A stretch of DNA of 64,000 nucleotides, from assembly GCA_051294375.1 (NCBI GenBank), contig CM119264.1, positions 14,782,682 through 14,846,681 on the forward strand. Reading direction: 5' to 3'. Positions 12,830 to 36,564 of this stretch are shown one piece after another; within the stretch, counting starts at the first letter, position 1, and the number at the start of each line of letters is the position of its first letter. The notes below the pieces were generated by a model. The model did no database searches and was not told the origin of the DNA. It saw only the letters and a program-made list of their open reading frames with translations. Both the position numbers and the translations under genes were made by a program. The stretch is from Paraspadella gotoi. Its lineage: Eukaryota > Animalia > Chaetognatha.

Positions 12830-15418
12830 CAAGGAGCGAGACTCCTCGATCAACAGCCCGAAAGCAGCGGCAACCCTTCGTGGCGGCGGCGGCCACGGAT
12901 ACTCAATGCCGAAAGAGCACACTCCGCCCAATGTCGGTAAGGGTTGATGGCGCAAAGGCCATTGCCTCACTCTAAGCGCAATTCAGCGATCATGGTTCAT
13001 TCCCCGGACAAGGGAAGGTCTGCGGTAAATCATGACGGCCCACATGAATTACCAAAGACAAGGTACTAAAAATGTTGGCAGGACCGAAAAACCATTACTA
13101 TCATCTGCCAAAGGATCCGACCCTGCCATTGACAGGGCTCGATCCAGACGGTTACGAAAAGGATACGTGAATACTGTTTCCCCGCAGTATTTTCACCAGA
13201 GTCAATCCTGACTCAACGCAGCCTCTTTGCTTCGTTCGGTCAGGTCCGAAGCGTAACATAGCCCGATTTTGCCGTTACGCCCCGATCGGTTTCAGCCCGC
13301 AATTCCATTTTTATTGGGATTGACGAAAGAGGTTGGGCGCATCCTCACTCCATTAGTCGGTAACCAACACCACCTCCGGAAACTCTTCATTCTGCACGGA
13401 AAAGTTGGCAGGCATATCACAGGCTGCCCGATACTCATCTCTGGTTCTCGTGTGGACTTGCAAAGCATGTCACTAATATTCCCCAAGAATTGCGCGTTTG
13501 CATCAGCATGGAGCGCCGCTTGAGGAAAGACGGACGTGCCACGAGCGTACGCCAATCCAATTGGATGATATCATGGCACTGCCTGCAGCTGCGACCTGGA
13601 ACTTGGCGTACTTCAGGTTCGATGGACAGTTATTATGCCCCAAGCCTGGTGGCTTAGGGGATGGGGCAAATCGGACATCAAGTCCTCTGGCAGATTTTTT
13701 TATATGGAGGGACTACGAGGTGGAAGCTTTGGGCTTCTTTTCGATTTGTTTGCATGGGGCAGAATCAGTCCTCTTCTGGGTATCGGAAGGCAGACGATAC
13801 CCATTCTGGCCGTGAGCAGGGACCTCCTTGAGGACCTCCTGAACCATTTGAACAGCATACATGCGAGAATCAGGTGGACATGTGAGAAGGAAGTGAATGG
13901 GTCAATTCCAATGCTCGAAGTGTTGGCTAATACAGCGCAAATGACGGGGCGGCTCATTGGAAAATTTTCAGTCTACCGCAACCGGACCCACACCGCATCA
14001 ATACATTCCTTTCAACTCTCATGCCCCCCCCTGTCCCACACGCTCGCCACAGTCAGGGCCTTACAGGAAGAGCCCTCAGACTGATTCCGTCGACCCCCCG
14101 AAGCTTCGGCCGCGAGCTTGAGCCACGTCAAAAGAGGCCTTTGGGCGATCAATGGATACCCTCTGTGGGCCTTCGAGAAGGCTAGCGTATCAGCCGCGCC
14201 CTGGCTGAGGCAGTGGCCAACAGGGGCTGCCCAAGTAACGCTTACGCAGTTTCTTCTCACGCCCCCCAGGGGGAAGAAAGGGTACTTTGCGTGCTGAAAG
14301 AGCCGACGGCCCACCACAGCGCAAGTGGAAGATAAGCAGAAGCGCCCAAGGGAACGTGGGATCACTTGGTCCCTCCCCTACCCCGGGGATCACTGATCAT
14401 TGGTGCGGGTGCTGAGCAAAGCATGGGAATCTCCACTTCAGTGACGACCCGCGCGTTCCTACGTGAGCAACTGGGGAAACGAAAGATTAAATTCCCAGAC
14501 CGAAAAATGTCAGGAGCCGTCTATTGGGCGGCCTGTTGCGAAGGGGCGGGGCAACCAAGCCTGTACAGCAGCATACGTGGGCTAGACAGGCCAAATCTCT
14601 GACAGTACCGATTCCAGCAACATACAAAGCCTTTATCGTGACGCCACCGAGGTCACTCACTTGTCAGCAATTTTGCCGATGGCACACGGCCTAAAATACA
14701 GGCCATCTGTTTAACAATAGACTGTTTCGTGCTGTCCCATGACGCCGAACTGGTTCTCAAGAGGTATTAGAGAGGCAGTTTACATCAAAGCCCTCGAGCC
14801 CTCTTTTGAACCGTGATGGAGGACGATTTCGATCTCCCTCCAAAGCTACGATTCGCTTATCAAAAGGCGTGGTGAGGCCCCGTCGCCACCACGTCCGCAA
14901 CAATGATTCCCCTGTCTCTACTCAACGAGGCCGTGCGGGAGACCTTGCGCAGGCAAGGCAGGCGAGTGGCCTCTCCTCAAATGCAGCAACTCCCAGTCCC
15001 TTTCTCTGGTGACTGGAGGCGTCGCCCCTAAACGACCCGCTCAGGAGGAGGGAGAGGAGGTCACCACTCCTGTCGCTAAAGCGGCAAGAAACGGAACAAC
15101 CGCCCACCTCGCCAGCAGGCGAGACGAGGCAGTCGGCAGGCGTATCAGGCCAAAGAGGACATAAGAGTGGCACTAGGATCTTTCCTTCTGGCTCAGTTCG
15201 CCCAGTCCAACACTTATAAGTTCGGTCACACTCCCTCTCAGCCCAACTGACGCGCCAATTACCCGTCACCATCCCCTATGTCCTTCCTTTGCGACAACCA
15301 AGGCGGCCAGCTCATTTTGAGCTCTTTTTCTTACTCCTTAAATTTCAATTTCTTAGGCTCTTATATTAGGCCAATATAAAAAAAAAAAAAAAAAAGTAAA
15401 AAAAAAAAAAAAAAAAAA
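12830..15418 (+). mobile_element. Degraded Penelope-like retroelement (RT + GIY-YIG endonuclease)
   Basis: Frameshifted motifs in PLE order: TNIP, YFRFDGQ, SSPLAD..ME, RKADDT, LNHLNSIHARIRWTCEKEVNGSIPMLEV, VYRNRTHT, NGYP, GAVYW..C, EAVYIKALEPS.NRDGG. A-rich tract at 15378-15418. Confidence 0.85.
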
Positions 15419-16955
15419 TTTTAACTAAACTTTCTTTATTTTTCAAACTTCACATTTCACCAAATTTCTTTAGCTAATTGTACACACATTGAATTATTTA
15501 TTCACTCTTTTTGCAATTGTTAAAAATTCTGCACCAATCTTTTTCAGTTTTTAAACATTTATCACTTGTTGTCATTGCACAATGATATTGTTTAATTGAT
15601 TTATTTATCCCTGTTAAAAAGTCTACTATCTCTCTCTCTCTCTCTTTCTCTCTAAAACAAATTTCATTTCTTTTCAAACTCAAACTCAATCTGTGTTCAA
15701 CTTACCCTGTCCTCCACCTCTGACCACTTTCTGTCTCACCAGCTTTGGTTGGAACTTTAACTTTCTCTCTCTCTCTCTCCTCTCCTCTCTCTCTCTCTCA
15801 CCTCTTCTTTTGCACAATATTTTGTCTAAATCACAAACACTGAAGAAGGCTTTTGGAAAACCAAAGCCGAAACAGGTCTGTTTTCATAAAAAACAAAAAA
15901 AAAAAAAAAAAATTTCGTTGAAACTTAATAAAACTTTGTTTTTCTCTAGATAAATTATACAAAAAGGTTCTATCTGTCCGTCCGTCTGCTCCGTCCGTCC
16001 GTCCCACCCTAGGCAAAAAACTCTAATTACTCGTGATTGGATGGATGGATTTGAATGAAATTTTGTGTGTGGGTTAGGGAAGTGTTGATTGAGCTAGATA
16101 TGAAGTTTGTCGGAGAATCGTGCGAATGAAAAGAGTTAATGGGAAAAAACAAAAATAAATATTATTTCAACTATTTTAACGCCAATTACTCACGATGTGT
16201 GTGGGACGATTGACTTGAAATTTGTAGCGTGGGGTAGGGTGGAAATAGTGTGATTTAAGCTGGAAATCAAGTTTCGAATGGGATTGCTTTTGAGTGGGAA
16301 ATGAGTTTAAATGGAAAAAACAAAAAAACCTGTTTCACTAATTATTATGCCTTCTTTTTATTTTTATCATTAAAATTGTAAAATGCAAGATCTGTATTAA
16401 TACCATCAAATAATTAATTAGTTTGATTACATAATACATTAATTAATCAGTTCAATTAATCATTAATTACTTTAAACCATCAACTCAATCTATTTATCTA
16501 TTATTTATTCAATCTATAAATTATTTTCAATTACATTACATTATTTAATCAATTCAATCAAGTCAATCGTTATTCGGCATTATGGTCGTCTTCGCCATCA
16601 TCGTCCGTCGTTGCTTTTGTCGTGGTAAGGATAAAAAGACTAAAAAATAATTAATTACGCGTATGATCTTGTCGAGTGGCAAATGAGTTTAAATTGAAAA
16701 AACAAAAGTCATAATTACTTGAAGTCATTTACTTTTATTTACTCATGATTATTATAATATTAAAAATTGATAGATAAATTGAAGTGAATTTGTGTGTGGG
16801 TGGTAGGAAACTTTGAGATTAAGCTGGATATAAGTTTTTGATGGAAGTTTAAAACAGAAAACCAAAAGACACTTTTATGTCAAAAGTTTCTCTCTATCTC
16901 ACTCTGATTGACTGAATAAATGAGTGATTGATTGATTAATTAAATTGATTGATTG

Positions 16956-17357
16956 ATTGACCAAATTATGCCAATTGACAAATTATGTCGGTTGACCAAA
17001 TTTTGCAGTTGAGTAAACAGTAAATTATGTCATTGACAAAATAATGCCAGTTGACCAAATTACGACAATTGACCAAATTATGCAAGTTGATCGAATTATG
17101 CCAGTTGACCAAAATTATACCATTGACCAAATATGCCAGTTGAACAAATTAAATCATTTGACCAAATTACATTAGTTTACCATATTATACCAATTGACCA
17201 AATTATGTCAATTGATAAAATTTTGCCAGATGACCAAATTATGTCAATTGACAAAATTTTGCCAGATGACCAAATTATGTCAATTTATCAAATTATGCCA
17301 GTTGATTTAATTATGCAAGTTGATTAAATTATGAATGTTGACCAAATTATGCAAGTT
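16956..17357. repeat. 18-bp minisatellite (consensus TTGACCAAATTATGCCAG), about 20 copies
   Basis: Directly visible tandem units. Confidence 0.9.
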
Positions 17358-17712
17358 AGAATTGGCACAGCTACTGGTAATGATTGATAGATCAATTGAT
17401 TTATAGATTTTTTCATAGAAATATTAAGAAGTTTGTTATGATTTGTTATAATCACAAATTGACAGTCAGAAAAATTACCATCATTTATCATCGGATTAGC
17501 TTATTACCGCTTAATTATCGTGGGCAGATCCGACATTGTTTGCTCAAACTTGTTTATATTAATAGTTGATTTGTTCCTCAATTTATTGGTTGAATGGTTG
17601 ACCTCACTCTTTCCATGTCGTCCCAATCAGTGACGAATGCGCGGTGGATAGGATACTTCAACCTGAGAAAGCCTGAAACGATTTTTTTAAAGTTTTTACT
17701 TTATCGTTTTTA

Positions 17713-17764
<52 letters not shown>

Positions 17765-18463
17765 CTCTATTGGTCTGAGCCTCGTCACCAACATAAGCGT
17801 CCGGCTGATCCATGCCGATCCAGAAGGACGGAAGAGGGCGTCCGACGATGGAAGGGAAGACGACTCTCGGCGCGTCGTCGCCGGCGAACCCGGCCTTGCA
17901 CATCCCCGATCCGTTGTCGATGATCAAAGCGGGTTTGTCGTTTTCAAACATGCTGGAGAAGAGAAGCGGGAGGACGTGAAGGTGGACGGACTTGAAGATG
18001 CTATTTGTGTAGTCCCACCGCACCGCTAACTCAAATCTACGTCGGTATAGATTTCAAAAAAATACCTGAGGATTGAAGACGCTCTTGAAAAATTAAGAAG
18101 AAGCTAGAGATTAATTCGTTGCTCTGAGAAGAATGTGTGGACTTTCATTTTGAGGGATTCCGATCTTAATATCCAACAAAACTGGTCGCTATCTTTCCCT
18201 CAATCCTCCTCCTAATTCTCCTCCTCTCTCTCTTCCTCTTTAACAATTAGGGTGGAGTGATGAAAAGATTAAGCGAGTTAACAATATTTTTTGGCTACCT
18301 CCGTATATGTAATTAAAGAAAATTATGCTTTCTAAACCAAATTTTTAGCATAACTGTAAAGCTAATTGTATTTCCTTATAAATTTGTAAAATTTTAAATG
18401 GATTTTTTTTATATTAGAAGATGTTTGAAAGTTTTTTCAACAATTTTTTTTTATTTCATTAAA

Positions 18464-18505
18464 AACGTACATGTTTCGGCTCTTGTAAGAGCCTTCATCA
18501 GCGTT
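18464..18505 (-). ncRNA. Minimal type I hammerhead ribozyme motif (Penelope-type)
   Basis: Minus strand: AACG-CUGAUGA-A-GGCUCUU-AC-AAGAGCC-GAAA-CAU-GUA-CGUU. Intact core, 4-bp stem I, 7-bp stem II, palindromic ACAUGU stem III. Confidence 0.75.
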
Positions 18506-18539
18506 AACAGGGTAAAAACTGTTAACGCTGATGAAGGTG

Positions 18540-19126
18540 GGTTTGTCAAGATATAGGATCGCCAAACAGTTTCATTTCTATCCTACAACCATCTGCAGAG
18601 TTGTCAACAAATTTGAAGCAACTGGAGACCTTGAATAAGCTTTTGGAAGCAGGCGGCCTTGCATATCTACGGAAAGCAAGGACGATGACCGGGAAAGTCC
18701 TGCAATTCAAGACCATAAGGCTTCTGCAAACCAGTTAAGAAAAAAATTGGAAGAAGAAGAATTGTTGCCAGTCATTTAACAATGTTATGAGAAAAACGAG
18801 ATCGAGGTGCTCGGGGGTTGGCCCGGAAACTCGCCTGACTGTAACATCATCGAAAATGTGTAAAATAAAAAAAATATTTTGCAGTACAATGCTATGACAG
18901 TCGACAAAATCCAAAAAAATTGTAAAACGCATTTGGGGGAACTGAACCCTTTTTATTTGCGCAGCCTCTCCAACTCTTTTCCTCGTCGCATGGACGCGGT
19001 GCTATAAGTAAAAGCTGTTCCTACAACATATTAATTAATTGAGTTCTAAAAAGTATTGTTTTCCTTCAAATAACGAAATAAAATGCTTTTATCATAACTA
19101 TTAAACTTTTTTTGACCAGATCTGTA
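18540..19126 (+). mobile_element. Tc1/mariner transposase remnant with right-hand end
   Basis: WPGNSPDCNIIENV (from 18819) matches the Tc1 WPxxSPDLNPIEN motif; C-terminal SFPRRMDAVL..K...T.Y; end ...ttttttgaccagatctgTA. Stops and frameshifts present. Confidence 0.8.
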
Positions 19127-19353
19127 TATTAGGGAAATCTTGTTTATGTTTTTGTTTGTTTTTTGTATGATTTTTTTTTTTTTTTGACAGCACTCATGTG
19201 ATTAATCAAGCTCAAAACGTCTTTCACCTTGAGAGACGAAATGTCGTTCCAAAGTTTCAAGTTGACTTTGACTGAGTTAATGTGTCATATGATTCAATAA
19301 GTGACTGATAAATTATATATATACCGGTTTTTAATTATGAAAAATGATGACAA

Positions 19354-19978
19354 TATGGTGGACTAAAATCCACCTACCGTTCATCAGCGCATGGTGCATT
19401 GCCCCACCAAAGTCCGGTTCTAGCCCAGTGGTCGCCTGGCAGTTAAGAGGGACGGGCGCTTAACCCGCCTGTAACACGGTGTTACAGCCTGATCCGAAGC
19501 TCCAGGGACTGCTTACATTGAATGGTTCTGTCACTAACATATAACAATAATTACTGTCTCTTCATTGGTGAGCCCGACTTTCAAACACAACAGCAACAAC
19601 AACACTTTCAGGCGACATGCCTCAACCTGGCGATGCACTTTCCGCCACAAACACATCAGGCGACATGCCTCAACTTGGTGACAAACTTTCCACCGCAACA
19701 ACAATTCACTGAAGAGACGCAACAGACTTCTCCCTACGGGAGGGGGGGATGTATGGTTGACTAAAATCCACCTACCGTTCATCTGCGGCCATTGGTGCCA
19801 GAGGCAAGTCATTCGCCTCCACCCAAAGGCCGGGTTCTAGCCCGTGGTCGCCTTGGCAGTTAAGAGGACGGGCGCTTAACCCGCCTGTAACAGGGTGTTA
19901 CGCCTAATCCGAAGCTCAGGGACTGCTTTACTGAACGGTTCTGTCTCTAACACATAACAATAATTACTGTGCTCTTCA
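19354..19978 (+). mobile_element. TRIM with tRNA-like LTRs, copy 2
   Basis: LTRs 19354-19564 and 19752-19978, same PBS and PPT as copy 1, different 4-bp TSD (ACAA/ACAA). Confidence 0.9.
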
Positions 19979-20197
19979 ACAATATTATTTCAAAATTTAC
20001 AAAAGATTTTTATCAAGGTCGTTTTTTTTCATTTTGTTTCATATGGAAATAATACTGTCTTTTTCACTCACATAAAATTTTATTTTTTAAAGCAGAAAAG
20101 TGACAATGTACGTTGTACATGAAACCCAAACATAAAGTAAAAGATTAGATTATTGAGGCAATCTTAACGATCGGCAACTCGCTCCAACTGGCTTCAC

Positions 20198-21826
<1,629 letters not shown>

Positions 21827-21902
21827 TTAAAAATACCTGAAAATTATCTTTAAAAATATGAAGAAAAAAAATTTAGTGGATGTTTGGTGGATCTGAAACG
21901 CC

Positions 21903-22214
21903 TTTTATATCCAGAGATACCGGTTTTATCCTCCAACAAAACCAGTCGTTTCAATTTCTTGGCTCCACCTCCTCCTCCTCTTCCTCCCGGTGTTTAAGCA
22001 TCCTTTGGTTAAAAGTTTAAACAAAAGGAAAAGAATTCTCATTTTTGAATTTAGTTTTGTGTTTATGGAAACTTGATAATAATAAATAAGAATTCCTTTT
22101 TTCAACTTCCGAGTTTTATACACACATTAAAACGCTGCATCAAGCCCCGAACGTCAATTTTCTAAACAGGTTTTTTTTTGTGTATCAAAGTCGGCGTTTC
22201 ATGACCAAATTAGG
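21903..22214 (-). promoter_or_regulatory. Actin promoter: TATA box and CArG box
   Basis: TATAAAA on the minus strand at 21909-21903, upstream of a 5' UTR exon donor (CAG|GTATTT near 21836). CC(A/T)6GG CArG motif CCAAATTAGG at 22205-22214, typical of actin promoters. Confidence 0.6.
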
Positions 22215-24368
22215 AAATGGTAAAATTAGGATTCTTCAGGGGGAAAACAGGATAAGGAGAGGAATAGAAGAGAGAGAGAGAGTAGAGAGAGAGTAGAGAG
22301 ATGAGAGAGAGAGAGTAGAGAGAGAGAGAGAGAGAGCAGAGAGAGATAGAAAATAACATTTAAAGCGGGAAGAAAATTCAAGTACGAAGCAAAACTCCGC
22401 TAATAGACGAATGTAGATTGCATTGATGTGCAATGACGAATGCACGTTGTGTAGGGTACACAAGGGAGCGAGGATACTAGTTTCTGCTTTGCCGAGGATG
22501 AACCAGCAGAAGCATTCTTTCATTCGATTTATGCAGAAATTTTATCAACATCTTTACTTATATGCAACGCGGCCAATATCAGGCCCAGACCACCGAAAGT
22601 ATGCAATCCCGAGAACCTGTTTGAGCAATTCCCCAACCTCAGCCACATTTTCCGTCGTCGTCTTCCTAAATTGTTGTTGTGAATCCCCCCCAAAAAAACT
22701 CGTTCTTAAAAGAAAGAAAACGAAATATAAAATTATGGTGGAGAAAGAAAGAGAAAAGAAAGAGAAAAGCAGGAGGTTTTTACATTTATGTACTGTCGCA
22801 AGCTAAACGATCTCAACGACTCGACACCAAGAGAGCGAGCATTAGACAAGATTTACAGAGTAATCAGGTTTTTTTTCCGCGACGAATTAAAATAGCAAGA
22901 ATTTATAGAACGGGTTTACCGATCACCGATCACAAACCCTCAAACATGTTTACGATCTCATTCGTCTTCTTTACCGTCGTGACGACTCAACCGGTCGTCG
23001 GAAAACGAATCCCGAAATTGCCAATGACCCTCGAGGACCTTTGACCTCTGACCCATCGCCGTGAGGTTTATCAGAAGTGAAGGGTCGTGACTAGCATCTG
23101 TCTGAAAGCAAGAAGCTCTTTGGTGAAGAATCTTTCATCAACTCTTGAAAGATTTTGTGACCTCGCGTCTGGTCATTTTTCCCTGCTCATTTAGTTGACC
23201 TTTTCAGACTAGTCTTTTCACCGTTCTAGTCGCTTTCTTGTAACTTTCTTTTAGCCGAAAACCTCGTCACTTGTCATTTCCTTTATTTTATATGTTGTTT
23301 TCCTTGTACAAAGTACCGTAACATTAGTTGCTATTTTGAAGATTTTTATTACTGATTAGATTTGCGCCACTCGAGTCACCAGCTCCGTCTAATCCGTGGA
23401 TGTTCCCTTGTTTTACAATCGGCCGAAATAATAGAGGGCGCGACGCCTCATCTATCATCCTTCCCGTCCACTTTCGCTGGCTTCAGGAGAAAGAGCGGAG
23501 GAAGGAAGAGACGGGCAAAAAAAAAGCGGGAAAGTTCAAACCCCGGCCGTTTGTCACTCGAAGCTAGGAACGGACAGGAAGGACGGGACAAGGGCGGAAA
23601 AAATCCGGCCAAAGAGCCGGAAAAATTGAATTATGAAAATTAGATTCCGTCGCCGGAAGATTGTTTCAATTTTGAGGAAATTCGAGGAGTTTTTCGGTTG
23701 GGTTGGCTTTTGGGGATAATCGGGCGGAAGCGACAGCGTTAGTTTTTATAAGAAGAGAGGAATAATTAAACAAATATGCGAATGTTCTTGTGTACTTTAG
23801 ATTGTATAGAAAATTACGTTATTGTTAAACATGATGAAATATAACATGTTAACCATTATAAATCGTATTAAATTTAGACACCAAGGCCAATGCCTTTGTC
23901 TGGTACCCACGTATAACTTAAAATTGAAACTCGAAAATCTTGAAGTTTTTTCGGGGATTTATTCGATTTTTTTGCGAGTCTTATCTCTGCCACCAAACAC
24001 TACGATGCGACCGAAAGGTCAAACAAGAGACACATCATCATCGAGACGCCATATTTTACCTGAAGATCCGAAGCTGAAAAGAGTACATTCGCACCTTCTT
24101 AAACTTTTCCGACTCACTTGTCAGCTCAAAGATAATAATTTAGGCAAATCGATATATTAATAAAGGAGGCGCAGGAAAAAAACAGATTTTTTAAAAAATT
24201 TTACATTTTTACAATTTAATCAAAATCGCCACCTGAAACTTTTCTTGGTGGTTTTAAAGCCGCAAGGATCGCGATTCCTTAAAAACGGTCTATTCTAGGA
24301 ATTGTGTTAAAATTATATTTAATGGACTGTTTTATTTAGTATCAAAAGTAGGGTCAAATTACTTGGGC

Positions 24369-24410
24369 CTCTCTCTCTCTCTCTCTCTTCTCTCATCTCT
24401 CTCTCTCTCT

Positions 24411-24485
<75 letters not shown>

Positions 24486-24500
24486 TCTCTCTCTCTCTCG
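24369..24500. repeat. (CT)n microsatellite
   Basis: Directly visible. Confidence 0.95.
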
Positions 24501-24930
24501 CTTTGTCTTAACTACCGCTTTCCATTTTTCCATTAACCCTTTTCACCATGAAAGAGAAAAAGAGGAGTGTTCTCGATGAATTCGATGTTCTTTTTTTTTC
24601 GAACTAAGTGGACCTCCGTTTTTCTATGAATTTGTTCCAACCTTTGCCCGTTGTTCGCCTTGTCACTTTGACACTGGACTCTCTAATACGTAGCTGATTT
24701 CACATTTTCTGAGAAAGATATAGTTGAAGTAGCTTCAACAGAGACATATAGTTACTATTAATACTAACCCAATACTAACCCAAAACAAATAAATTACAAA
24801 TTTTTTGAGGGCGACGACCAAAACGACCACAACGGTTCCGAAGACGAAATCAAAGGCGACATTCGATAAAGAGGGGAAAAAAACCCATCTGTGGCTGTCT
24901 TCGTGATAGAGAGAGAGAGAGAGAGAGGAG

Positions 24931-24982
<52 letters not shown>

Positions 24983-25272
24983 GGAGGAGAGAGAGAGAGA
25001 GAGAGAATGTAATGAATGTATGTATTGAATGTATAAAACAGATACGGCCTTGGGCACGCCTAATTTGGCCTATATAGCCTTTTAAATAAAGTACAGTTAA
25101 TGTACGATGTTCAAAATTAAAATCAAGATCTTGAAAATAACTTTTCAAAACAAAACAAAATTGGTAATAGATAAAAAAAATTATCTTATTGAGATAACCT
25201 TTATGAGTTTTTATTTTATTTTAATTTATAGATTTACGAAAGTAAACGATTGAACAATTCTTTTTTTGAACA

Positions 25273-35011
<9,739 letters not shown>

Positions 35012-36564
35012 GCCTTAGGTGTTAATGGATTCGAAGTCGAAACGGAAAACAGGGAATCCTTCGGTAAAAATCTGATTGCGGGCCTTTTTTACTGTTTTCT
35101 TGTTTTTATTAAACATTTGGGTTTTTTTTTTTTTTTGTCGCTTTTTTTTTAGTTTAACAGGTCATATTAGCTCATCTTTATTTTTTAACTCATTGATTTT
35201 TCAAAGCCTGTCTCAATCTAATAAAATATTTTTTCACAGTCGACGTGATTATTGTCAATAATCACGTCAACTGTGAAAAAAATTCGGCTACCATTTTCTA
35301 AAAATTAACTTTCAAAGTAATGCTCTTTTCGTTATCGAAAATTTAGGGAAAACACTTTGTAATGTCTCACTGACACTGTAACCAATCGCCATTTTTGATT
35401 GCCTCGATTTTTTTTAGTTGTGTTTTCAATTCGTTTCATATTTCATATTTCGTCTAAAACAATTGATTGCTCATTTACTTTTTTCGGTTTACATTTCTTG
35501 GGAAATGGGGCTTCTTCTAGCATCTTTAGCCAAAATTTAGGCTCGTACTTGCACGTCACGGCAGTTATAATAAACGAACAAAAGGTGAAACGAAAGGTAG
35601 ATTTTCCAGACACACCTTGTTTTTTATACTTCAAGTTTTAAATCGATCGGCTTTGTCACGGCCGATTTGAAGCCTTTTCACACCAAGTGACTTTGAGATA
35701 TGCATATCTTTACTGTCAAAAAATAAAATCACATTGTTTGATAAAAAAAAGATACAGCCGGATTCAATTTAGTTATTCCAAACATAAAACATTACAAAAA
35801 TTATAGAATATTTTATTTTCGATGAAGTTACGCGATATATAACTGCTTGGTAAATTTCACAAATTTGATACTACAAATATTGTATTTAGTTTTTATGTTT
35901 GTCAACGATCTCCTTGATACACGTTTTTATCTCTCAAAACAAATAGTTACAAATTTGTACTGTTTACTCACTATTATTTTTTAACAATTGAATTAACTTG
36001 CTTGCTTGACCGAACAATTGTATTTACGAATGGTTGTTTTATATTTGCATTTTAAACGGGACAAGCATATAAAATAGAAATGTCATCCGTCATAGATGCA
36101 GTTAACAGTCATTTCGTGAAGTTAATCAGAAACATTTTTAAACAAATCCTCTCGAAAGGTGCACATTCCACGGTCCAGGCATTAGACCTCGATTTTAGAA
36201 AAGGGAATGAAAATTATGAATCTAAGATTTTTGACTATCGATACAAAATTTACCGCAAATTTGGCGGTACAAAAAGAAGAAGCTGGATAATGAAATTAAA
36301 CAAATCGGGGTAGTTAGACCAACAAAGCTGACCTTCAAGCACAGGCCTGTAAACTTACACAGGTCATCTCGTAATCGCTTTCAACATCTCATGTTTCAAT
36401 ATCTCAGTCAGCAGGTTTCCGACAAAAGAGCCGGTTTCAAATATAACAAAAAATTATCAAAAACAAAGAATGAATTATCTTCAAAAATCACTTCACCTCT
36501 ACACTAAACTATACCAGTCAGATTTCACCACTGATCTCCTTGAATAAACTACAGTCATAATCTC

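Larger units (their letters stand above)
12657..17555 (+). mobile_element. Helentron-associated (HINE/DINE-1-like) element carrying nested insertions
   Basis: 5' subTIR GTCGGATTTGC (12663-12673) with adjacent partial inverted repeat GCAGATCCCGA and (GTCC/GTCG)n microsatellite. 3' subTIR GCAGATCCGAC (17524-17534) plus short stem-loop GTTTG-CT-CAAAC. Both ends are T-rich. Confidence 0.6.
10075..17951 (-). pseudogene. Divergent actin paralogue with a frameshifting deletion in the last exon (pseudogene or assembly error)
   Basis: GT-AG, phase-compatible exons 17951-17765 ([29 protein letters not shown]), 17672-17608 ([21 protein letters not shown]), 12593-12256 ([18 protein letters not shown]...SERG), 11406-11195 ([10 protein letters not shown]...PNLIG), 10378-10075. 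In the last exon ~19 codons are replaced by 5 nt near 10250, and the actin C-terminus ([21 protein letters not shown]...HRKC) continues in another frame. Confidence 0.85.

Noticed and set aside
16956-17357. CRISPR-like array or repeat protein (ORF 17133-17327)
   Set aside because: Contiguous 18-bp units without unique spacers, in an intron of a eukaryotic gene.
24790-24905. Candidate first exon of the GPCR
   Set aside because: No ATG-to-donor frame compatible with the TM1 exon was found.
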